Shown here in pieces: positions 49,874-57,508 of a stretch of DNA of 64,000 nt (position 1 is the first letter of the stretch; the number at the start of each line of letters is the position of its first letter). This DNA is from Candidatus Woesearchaeota archaeon (GTDB lineage Archaea > Nanobdellota > Nanobdellia > Woesearchaeales > JAZDKJ01): positions 64,001-128,000 of the forward strand of contig JAZDKJ010000008.1 in NCBI GenBank assembly GCA_043803105.1, in the 5' to 3' direction. Made by a program: the position numbers and the translations under genes. The notes under the pieces were generated by a model. It was not told where the DNA came from, ran no database searches, and saw only the letters and a program-made list of their open reading frames with translations.

Positions 49874-50015
49874 GCCGCGGTCGCATAATCCGGTACGCGC
49901 TGGATTCCTCCGGAATCCGCTGGTGTCCCGTGCGCGGAACATTGCGGCAGTCTCGAACCAATGCAAGAGAACTGCTGTCCGTAAGGGCATCTCGGTTCAA
50001 ATCCGAGCCGCGGCG
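49874..50015 (+). tRNA. tRNA-Ser(CGA) with D-loop intron (49895-49940) and canonical 37/38 intron (49958-49969)
   Basis: Acceptor GCCGCGG/CCGCGGC+G; GCAGT-CT-CGA-AA-ACTGC after splicing; long variable arm; BHB helix TCCG/CGGA. Confidence 0.87.
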
Positions 50016-50023
50016 TTTACACA

Positions 50024-50332
50024 ATGTATATCCCAAAGCGTTACGGCCAGAGCAAGATTGACAAGTGCCCTTTCTGCGGAAAACAGGCCATCGCACTTAA
50101 CAAGCAGAAGGTTCCAGTCTGTGAAGCGCACAAATGGAACAATCTGGATGAGATGAAATGCAGCTGCGGAAGCTACCTGGAGATGAAACATGGGAAATTT
50201 GGGGTATTCTTCGTTTGCTTCAAGTGTGGAAACAAGAACCTAAAGCAGGTGCTTGAGATAAATGAGCCCAAAGATAAGAGCAGCAGTCAGAATGAAATAA
50301 CTGTAAGGTCTGATGACCCAAGGTACTTCTAA
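50024..50332 (+). CDS. Zn-ribbon hypothetical protein
   Basis: CPFCG, CEAH, CSCG, GKFGVFFVCFKC. Confidence 0.75.
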   Translation: MYIPKRYGQSKIDKCPFCGKQAIALNKQKVPVCEAHKWNNLDEMKCSCGSYLEMKHGKFGVFFVCFKCGNKNLKQVLEINEPKDKSSSQNEITVRSDDPRYF

Positions 50333-50391
50333 AATAAAAAGATTTAAAAAGAGGGGTTTCCTCATATTAACAAAATTGATATTTTTGGGAG

Positions 50392-50766
50392 GTGAATAAA
50401 TTGGCAAAAGAGGTAAAAACAGCGAGTAGTAGCATGACACAGACAATAGGAGGCTGGGCATTCATCATCGGTGTCATCATTGCAGTAATTTCTGGATTTT
50501 TTATGCTCAGCGCAACGCTTGTCTCAGTACTTGTATTGCTGGGATTAATAGTCGGCTTCTTGAACATAACAGGCAAAGAGACAATGGGGTTTTTGATGGC
50601 AACCGTGTCTTTGGTAATTGTTAGCTATTTCGGAGGCCAAGCCTTAAGCGAAATCGCTTTTGTTGGCACGGTGCTTGCAGGCATCATGAATGCAATAATG
50701 ATATTTGTGGTACCAGCAACAATTGTCGTGGCCCTGAAGTCAATATTTGCAATGGCACACGATTAG
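50392..50766 (+). CDS. Four-TM membrane protein
   Basis: Hydrophobic helices; GWAFIIG, GFLNIT; start uncertain. Confidence 0.75.
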   Translation: MNKLAKEVKTASSSMTQTIGGWAFIIGVIIAVISGFFMLSATLVSVLVLLGLIVGFLNITGKETMGFLMATVSLVIVSYFGGQALSEIAFVGTVLAGIMNAIMIFVVPATIVVALKSIFAMAHD

Positions 50767-50808
50767 GTTTTTTATTTTTTTTTATTTTAGAATTCTTTGA
50801 AGGCAAAT

Positions 50809-51465
50809 TTAGAATAGTCTGTTGGCAAAAGCACTGAATCTTGTATCCATCTGTATTTCGGTTGTTTTAGGTGCACCTTGCCTGTATCCAGATGCGAATA
50901 GGTCAACAACCAAATCAATAAATGGTTTTGGTTTTGCAGCCCATTTAGCGCTTTGCACATCTGCCTTTACCTGTATTATATAATCGAGACCTTTGTCTCC
51001 GAAAATGGCTCCGCTTAGCATTGCCTCGATGATATCAGCCTTCGTAACATTATAGTTCGCAGGGACACATCTCCTCCGTGTCATAACATCTGCAATACCT
51101 TGAACAATTCCTTCCTGCACTCCCTTAACAAAAGCCAGACTCACCGGATGATTATGGAAAGCGAAAGCTGCAATCGGCACCTGGGAGGCATACAAATTTG
51201 CCTTATCCCGGTTTAGATCCATCAACATCCAGACTGGATCCTTGGAGTTGCTAATGGTCCTCTTGAGGTACTCAAACTCCCTGTAACCAATATGAGAAGG
51301 AGGAGCACTGACATAGTGGCCTCCAAGAATTGGAAATCGAAATTCTGTGGTATCATAAGTACTTTCATAGTTGAATGAAGCATTCCTAAGTATTGTAACA
51401 AGAAGTTTAACATCTTTCCGTGAACAACGCATTTTCTTGGAAGTTGGAATTCGTTCGCCTATCAT
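50809..51465 (-). CDS. Hypothetical protein (HNHP motif)
   Basis: 218-aa ORF; FHNHP is JAB-like but the remaining motif was not confirmed. Confidence 0.55.
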   Translation of the reverse strand: MIGERIPTSKKMRCSRKDVKLLVTILRNASFNYESTYDTTEFRFPILGGHYVSAPPSHIGYREFEYLKRTISNSKDPVWMLMDLNRDKANLYASQVPIAAFAFHNHPVSLAFVKGVQEGIVQGIADVMTRRRCVPANYNVTKADIIEAMLSGAIFGDKGLDYIIQVKADVQSAKWAAKPKPFIDLVVDLFASGYRQGAPKTTEIQMDTRFSAFANRLF

Positions 51466-51634
51466 AACAGAACCTATTGTTCTCTGAGGATTTATAAAGA
51501 TTTGCCCACCAAAGCGCAGCTTGTGATGATGGTTGCTTTACCGAGACCTCGATTCTGACTTGGTCCTTTCATGTCTCAAGGCGCATCCCAAAAAAACGTC
51601 AGCTTTAAAAGAGGACAAGGCATTCTCCTTGTTA

Positions 51635-52288
51635 ATGATAAGCAAGGCTTTTTTGGATTGGAATGGGGTACTGCTAGCGGATGGTTCGGCTTGCTTTGAT
51701 ACTGACAACCATATGCTGAAAACATTTGGTGGTAACCTAGTCGATTTCAAGACCTTCAGAGACACTATAGTTATCCCTTCAATAGACTTCTACGTAATGC
51801 ATGGTTGCAATCGGGAACAATTGGAGAGAGATTCAAAAGAAGTTTCAAAGGTTTTTCATGCTTATTTTGAGAAAAGAGAATCGAAGTGCAGGACAAGGAA
51901 GGGGGCAAGGGAGGTTTTGTACTGGCTAAGGGAGAATTCAATCGAGACCATAATCGTGACGAATCACACTGTCGCAGGGCTTGAACTTCAACTATCAAGA
52001 CTTAAACTCAAAGAATACTTCTCCGCAGTTGAAGCCAATCCAGACGGAAATACGTCGATGCACACAACGAGCAAGCTGGAAAAGGTTTGCCGGCACTACA
52101 GCAGGAATGAGGGGGCATTGATCCTTGGAGATTCGCCCGAAGAAGTCAAAATTGGAAAAGAGCTAGGCATTCCAACTGTTGCAATAACCGGCGGATATTA
52201 TTCCACAAAGAGGCTTAGACAAAGCCAGCCTGATTACCTGATTAACAATTGGAAAGAACTGATTGGAGTAATAAAGGAAATCAGATAA
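51635..52288 (+). CDS. HAD-superfamily hydrolase
   Basis: FLDWNGVL, VTN, ILGDS motifs. Confidence 0.85.
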   Translation: MISKAFLDWNGVLLADGSACFDTDNHMLKTFGGNLVDFKTFRDTIVIPSIDFYVMHGCNREQLERDSKEVSKVFHAYFEKRESKCRTRKGAREVLYWLRENSIETIIVTNHTVAGLELQLSRLKLKEYFSAVEANPDGNTSMHTTSKLEKVCRHYSRNEGALILGDSPEEVKIGKELGIPTVAITGGYYSTKRLRQSQPDYLINNWKELIGVIKEIR

Positions 52289-52352
52289 GAACCAGAGATA
52301 ATTTTTTTGATCTATTGCAGCTTTAGCACATAATCCTTTAAGGTTGAAGTTC

Positions 52353-53567
52353 TTAAGACAGAGCAATTCCTTCAAGATATTTTTCGCTTTTCAGGTCTAA
52401 TGAATAGAATGTCTTGTCATAGTTTGCGAAGTATGCCACATCTCCTTTCTGGAGTAGAAAGGCAGGATAGGATATCTTGCCAGTGTTGCTGATGGCCAAT
52501 TTGCCACTCTCCACATCATACAAAGTATCTCCATCCTCCAAAGAAAACAACCTGCCGCCAAGAGTAAGTAATGCGGCCGGAATGAACGGCACCAGTCCTT
52601 TCTCGAAATTTTCCAGAGGATATTCTATTTTTGAGAATGGCTTTCCTGGGTGGCGTAGGTCATAGCAGGTATGGTGGTCTCTTCCAAGCACCAATAATGG
52701 CAAATCTGTTCGATGGGTTTGGTGACTCCAAAATCTACAGCTGCTTATGCAGTCTGCTTGGGAGGAGAACCAGGATATGGTCATCAATTCATTGTTTATG
52801 TCTTTTTTTGGTACATACTTAGCGATGTATGGGGCAACTTGTTGCTCAAGTTCGACTGTTTCTTTAAATGGTCGGACTATCTTTTTTCCATCCCTGGAAA
52901 GATAGCTTACCTGTCCATCTATCTCAAAGTGCCCAGGTATTATTTTACAAGGCAGTTTTACTTCTCCGATTTCTTTGGAAAAACTTAGCAAAGTGTTACG
53001 GTCAGCCGATAGTGCGATTAGCTGGCCTTTGATTTCTTCAACACTGACTATTTCATTGTTGCTTACTAATTCTTTGCCTGACATCAGATCGACTGTCTTA
53101 TACTCTCTGCTAGATAAATGGAGGCTTTCTGCAAGAATTAGATGCTCTTCGGTGGCCAACCTGGCATTGCAGTCAGCCAAAGGACAGACCATAGTTTTGA
53201 TTGTCCCGTTAGGGTTGATTTTTATATACTCTTGCCTCTTTTTGACTCTGAAATAGTGTCCTGAGTCTGAATCCACTGTCCAGACAGTGTCTGGCAACCT
53301 GTAAGTTCCCTGCGATAAGTTGAACAGATTCCTGCTGTCATTTTTTGATTGGAAATATGGCATTCCTTTGATTATTATCGGTTTTGTTCTTACAGGTTCA
53401 CTAAATTTCGTGACTAGTCTTCCTTTTTCAAAAAGACTATAAACACTTTGGCGATCGACTCCTAGAAGATACGCAAAATCAGCGTCGTTCCAGAGCAGGA
53501 ATGCCTCTTGCGGTAATTGGAATAACTCTTTGACACCTTTTCCGATAAGGTTCTCAAGGTTTAGCAT
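52353..53567 (-). CDS. Hypothetical beta-rich protein
   Basis: 404-aa ORF with no recognised motif. Confidence 0.6.
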   Translation of the reverse strand: MLNLENLIGKGVKELFQLPQEAFLLWNDADFAYLLGVDRQSVYSLFEKGRLVTKFSEPVRTKPIIIKGMPYFQSKNDSRNLFNLSQGTYRLPDTVWTVDSDSGHYFRVKKRQEYIKINPNGTIKTMVCPLADCNARLATEEHLILAESLHLSSREYKTVDLMSGKELVSNNEIVSVEEIKGQLIALSADRNTLLSFSKEIGEVKLPCKIIPGHFEIDGQVSYLSRDGKKIVRPFKETVELEQQVAPYIAKYVPKKDINNELMTISWFSSQADCISSCRFWSHQTHRTDLPLLVLGRDHHTCYDLRHPGKPFSKIEYPLENFEKGLVPFIPAALLTLGGRLFSLEDGDTLYDVESGKLAISNTGKISYPAFLLQKGDVAYFANYDKTFYSLDLKSEKYLEGIALS

Positions 53568-53675
53568 AGTCGAGAAGAGTGACCCTTTGTTTATATTGAT
53601 TATTGTGCTTTATTGCAGCTAACCGCAAGGTATCATGGCCAATGTGCTTGAGGCTGTCAGCTGATGAACAACCTG

Positions 53676-55526
53676 TAAAGAAAGAGTGGCGGTGCGGAGT
53701 TCTATAACAAGTGCGATTTCAGGCCTAGCAATTCATCGTCCTCTGAGCAAATTTTTCAAAATGCAGACCATATATCGCTAATTCTATTGCGACAGGAACT
53801 GCCTTTATCTTTGTGAAGAAGGTCCTTGTCAACAGCCTCCAGTATAAGAACCTGGAATTGGAAAGAATGCCAATCTTCCAAAAGCTCTTGAAAAGCGCAT
53901 GAAGATCTCTTTTGGTGAATCTTGAACGCACAGTTGGTTTGTAATGCTTAATAAAAGTATTGATTCTTTGATAATAATTCTTGGGCGTGTAAATTGTGGA
54001 AATGATTTCCTTGTAACCCTGGATAAGTTTTGCTTCTTTCATTTTGGGCACAAAGTTAATGGTACCATCTGTGTTTTCTCCTGTTGCTGCATGCAGCAAT
54101 CTTCCCTCAGCCTTGAGCCTGTGCCAAAGCCTTGTCTGTGGAAGCACATTCAAAAGCCCGACCATGGCTGTCACTACACCAATCTCTTGAATGAACTTTA
54201 TCTGGGTTTTGAAAATATTTGAAGGATCGTTATCAAATCCGACAATAAAACCTGCTGCCACCTGCAAGCCATTCTGGTGTATTATCTTCACGGATTCAGA
54301 CAGATTTCTCAAGTTGTTCAGTTTGCCGCACTCCCTCAAGCTTTTTGCGCTTGGAGTCTCAATGCCAAGAAACACTGTACCAAAATTTGCCCTTGACATG
54401 AGCTGCATAAGCTCGAGGTCATCTGCAAGGTTAATACTGGCCTCAGCGGAAAGGGTAAAAGGATATTTACGGCTCTTCTGCCAGTCTATCAATAGGGGAA
54501 GCAATCTCTTCACCTTCTCCTTGTTACCAATGAAATTGTCATCAACAATGAAAACACGACCTCTCCAGCCATAATCAAAAATCTGCTGGAACTCCCTTAT
54601 GACCTGGTCTGGGTCTTTTGTCCGGGGGCTTCTGCCATTCATCACGACAATGTCACAGAATTCGCAATCAAAAGGGCAGCCCCTAGAATATTGTATCGGC
54701 ATGCTTGCATAGTCTTTCAGGCTTATCAAAGACCACATAGGCACAGGAGTTTTTCTTATATCAGGCCGTACCTTTGAGGAGTATACCTTTTTTGGAGTTC
54801 CTTTTTCAAGGTCATTCAAGAATCTTGGCAGGGTGACTTCTGCCTCGTTCAAAACAAAATGGTCCACATCCTTAAACCGCATATAGGTTGTTGTAAAGCA
54901 TGGGCCGCCAGCAACGATAGTCTTTCCAAGGGCTTTGCATCTCTTGATTATTTCCTTGACACTTTCAGTCTGAACAATCATTGCGCTAATCAATACCATG
55001 TCTGGCCAACTAAGCTGTTGGTCTGTCAGTTCGGATACATTCATATCCAGAAGCTTTTTCTCCCATCTTTTAGGAAGCATAGACGCCACTGTCAATAAAC
55101 CTAGTGGCGGAGAGGAAGCCTTTTTCTTGATAAAACCCAGAGCATGACCAAAACTCCAAAAGGTGTCAGGACACTTTGGATAGACCAGAAGAACTTTCAC
55201 CGCTTTTTTCATCTATTGCAACTTTTGTTGGGGTTATATAAAGGTATTCTTTGACGAATGTTGGGCTCGTGATGTTATGTTCTTTTCCTGCGCAGGTTCC
55301 AAGCCCCTATCAATCCTGCGGCAATTGCAGCAAATCCTCCCAGTGCAAGAGTTACGGTCAGAAGAAGAAATTGTGATAGAACGTCCACCTTCAGCGTGGC
55401 AAAAGTTTCCTAAACACGTTGACAGGATTTCTTAAAGCAACACGTAGGTTATGGCATGTTCTCTTGTGCATTCGGAGGGGGTGTTTACCTGAGGTAAATA
55501 TATAAAGAAAATGTGGCGGTGCCGAG
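53676..55526. mobile_element. Putative integrated islet at the tRNA(CAT) 3' end
   Basis: Direct repeat TAAAGAAAGAGTGGCGGTGCGGAG (53676-53699) vs TAAAGAAAATGTGGCGGTGCCGAG (55503-55526), 21/24 identical, includes the tRNA 3' end. Confidence 0.55.
53725..55212 (-). CDS. B12-binding radical SAM protein (DUF4070 type)
   Basis: PPLGLLTVA, SRGCPFDCEFC, VDDNF, GFIVGFD. Confidence 0.92.
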   Translation of the reverse strand: MKKAVKVLLVYPKCPDTFWSFGHALGFIKKKASSPPLGLLTVASMLPKRWEKKLLDMNVSELTDQQLSWPDMVLISAMIVQTESVKEIIKRCKALGKTIVAGGPCFTTTYMRFKDVDHFVLNEAEVTLPRFLNDLEKGTPKKVYSSKVRPDIRKTPVPMWSLISLKDYASMPIQYSRGCPFDCEFCDIVVMNGRSPRTKDPDQVIREFQQIFDYGWRGRVFIVDDNFIGNKEKVKRLLPLLIDWQKSRKYPFTLSAEASINLADDLELMQLMSRANFGTVFLGIETPSAKSLRECGKLNNLRNLSESVKIIHQNGLQVAAGFIVGFDNDPSNIFKTQIKFIQEIGVVTAMVGLLNVLPQTRLWHRLKAEGRLLHAATGENTDGTINFVPKMKEAKLIQGYKEIISTIYTPKNYYQRINTFIKHYKPTVRSRFTKRDLHALFKSFWKIGILSNSRFLYWRLLTRTFFTKIKAVPVAIELAIYGLHFEKFAQRTMNC

Positions 55527-55662
55527 ACTTCCGCATCCTTTTGGGATATTCGGACTCGGGACCTTTACGTCACCCATGGTTTAGCTTGAGTATATCATCG
55601 GCATCTGCCTCATCGCTCAAGAATATGAGCGTAACGCTATAACCAGGCTAAGCTACACCGCC
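55514..55662 (-). tRNA. tRNA-CAT (Ile2 favoured over elongator Met) with 37/38 intron (55571-55623) and 59/60 intron (55528-55548)
   Basis: Acceptor GGCGGTG/CACCGCC+A; TTACG-CT-CAT-AA-CGTAA after splicing; BHB helices CTCA/TGGG and TCCG/CGGA; G1-C72 and G2-C71 favour Ile2. Confidence 0.85.
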
Positions 55663-55800
55663 AGCTTTTTTTGTCCCAAAAAAACCTGGGAAAAGGGTTT
55701 TTGGCTGGTGCCAAAAACGCAGCCTCTACGGCTGCAAAAGTTGCCAGCTGACTTTTCAGCTGAGCAGCACCGCCAGCTTTTTTGCTGATGCAAAACTTAG
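55662..55800 (+). repeat. tRNA-associated hairpin repeat element (also at 42052-42088 and 49591-49650)
   Basis: CAGC(C)-T5-7-loop-A5-7-(G)CCTGGG(G/A)AAAG consensus followed by further hairpins. Confidence 0.75.
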
Positions 55801-55819
55801 ACCAGAGAACAACAGGACT

Positions 55820-56227
55820 TTATAAAAAACTAACTATTTTCTTCTGGTAATCCTGCATCTCACTGCCTTCATACTTCTGCTGTGGCCAGTGCTTCAAGCC
55901 ATCAGTTGAGAAACGAGGTATCACATGGAAGTGGAAGTGCGGGACAACCTGGCCTGCTGCCCTGAAATTGCTCTGTGAGACGCTGATGCCATCAGCCTGA
56001 GTAGATTTCTTCACTGCAATGGAGATTTTCTTCAGCACTGAAGCCAATTCTTTTAGCAAAGGCTCTGGGATATCAAGAATCGTCTCGAAATGCTGCTTTG
56101 GAATAATCAAGGTATGGCCTTTATTCACAGGGAAAAGGTCGAGGAATGCGACAACATGCTCGTTCTCGAAAACCCTACTGCTTGGGGCTTCACCCTTCGC
56201 AATCTTGCAGAAAATACAATCATTCAC
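55820..56227 (-). CDS. HIT family hydrolase
   Basis: CIFCKI, GHTLIIPK, HFHFH triad. Confidence 0.93.
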   Translation of the reverse strand: MNDCIFCKIAKGEAPSSRVFENEHVVAFLDLFPVNKGHTLIIPKQHFETILDIPEPLLKELASVLKKISIAVKKSTQADGISVSQSNFRAAGQVVPHFHFHVIPRFSTDGLKHWPQQKYEGSEMQDYQKKIVSFL

Positions 56228-56412
56228 TTTTTGCGCACCTTTGGATAAGGGTCAATAGTTCCCCACCACATCATGCAGTCAGTGCAGTAATAGCCCCAGA
56301 CACCGAGCTTCTTGACTGCCAATAGTTTCTTGCACTTAGGGCAGGGCCTGGAAATAAACTCGATTATCTCCTGCGATTCTTTGGATTCGCTTGGCTTTTG
56401 CATAAGCATCAC
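56224..56412 (-). CDS. Small Zn-finger protein
   Basis: CPKC...CTDC; overlaps both neighbours in an operon. Confidence 0.6.
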   Translation of the reverse strand: MMLMQKPSESKESQEIIEFISRPCPKCKKLLAVKKLGVWGYYCTDCMMWWGTIDPYPKVRKK

Positions 56413-56930
56413 AACTTAGACTTGACAGCCTTATCAGAAATTATTGCGCTGTTGCCTGAAGGGTCTTCTATTATCATCTTCAAAGAGTCCTGGCCCCACA
56501 TTACGCGCTGAAGCTTTTTCAGGAGATTCTTTGCCTTCTTTCTGTCTTCATCTTCCTCTGCGGTGTCGCGCAGCACCTCGATCTCGTGCTTGATGCGGTT
56601 CAGTATGCCTTCAACGTTGGTTACATAACCGTTAGAGGCAGGACCTGGGGTAATTGTGGTTATGTGGGGAATCTTCACAGTGGCCTGGCTGGATTTCACG
56701 ACGCGGATCGTAAGGTCCTGCTCACCTGAGATATCAATCGTGTACTTGCTTGGCTCGTGGGTCTCGACAGACTCGATATCAGCCTTGTGATACTTGCACT
56801 CGCTGCAGGTCATGGAGAAAATAAGGACTTTGCCGAAATAAGGCACTTCTTTTTCAGCTTCGGTAAGGCTTAATGCCAACGCTTTGCATATTGGGCATGG
56901 TTGACCGGTCAATTCGCTCATTTCAGGCAT
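56409..56930 (-). CDS. ZPR1-type zinc finger protein
   Basis: CPIC, VPYFG, CSEC, TNVEGIL, EDPSGNS. Confidence 0.92.
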   Translation of the reverse strand: MPEMSELTGQPCPICKALALSLTEAEKEVPYFGKVLIFSMTCSECKYHKADIESVETHEPSKYTIDISGEQDLTIRVVKSSQATVKIPHITTITPGPASNGYVTNVEGILNRIKHEIEVLRDTAEEDEDRKKAKNLLKKLQRVMWGQDSLKMIIEDPSGNSAIISDKAVKSKL

Positions 56931-56979
56931 GAAAAAAAAGAGAGAAGAAGGGTATATATTTTTTTTGGTATTGGAAAGG

Positions 56980-57390
56980 CTATTCGTCCTCCTTTCCATG
57001 TTCAGCCTTGTAGTCTTCCTTTATGTCTTCCATCTGCTTTGTCCTGTAGATGGTGGCAAACGAAGGAGTGACAACAATCCAATCCTCGCCAAAACCAGCG
57101 ATCTCACCCTCGATGGCATCACAAGTCTTCTTCAACTTGTTAATTGCCCTTTTCAACTCAATCAAGTCCTTGTCTTTCAATGGGCGAATGTTAATCAAAG
57201 CGATAGTCTGGCCTGCCCTTAATGCATCAAGGATCTCCTTTACATCCTCAAAATCCTTCATCATGAAGGGGCGCACAACTATCTTTGTTTTTGTCTCTTC
57301 TGATTCGGTCTCGATCTCAACATAACCTTCTTCAGAATCTGGCTTGTCTTTCTTGACCTTTGAGCTTAATCGCGAGAAAAATTTCCTCAT
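56980..57390 (-). CDS. sepF: Cell division protein SepF
   Basis: ILDALRAG..ALINI...GEIAGFGEDWIVVTP. Confidence 0.85.
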   Translation of the reverse strand: MRKFFSRLSSKVKKDKPDSEEGYVEIETESEETKTKIVVRPFMMKDFEDVKEILDALRAGQTIALINIRPLKDKDLIELKRAINKLKKTCDAIEGEIAGFGEDWIVVTPSFATIYRTKQMEDIKEDYKAEHGKEDE

Positions 57391-57508
57391 CTTGGTTCCT
57401 CCATCGAGTAATCTATAAGAACTAACATCTTATGACAGATATATAAAACTTGCGTTTTTGACGTGGGCCACCTAAAACTTTTTATAATACTGCACCATCT
57501 CTACTATC

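Noticed and set aside
49520-50156. ORFs 49520-49705, 49632-50156, 49730-49990, 49866-50096 (and 41855-42155 at the other tRNA locus)
   Set aside because: They overlap intron-containing tRNA genes and are spurious
55213-55502. Small gene between the rSAM gene and tRNA(CAT)
   Set aside because: Only short, broken frames; possibly a remnant but not supportable
55571-55623. Box C/D guide RNA in the tRNA(CAT) anticodon intron
   Set aside because: Only degenerate GATGA/CCGA words; no proper RTGATGA/CTGA pair and too short
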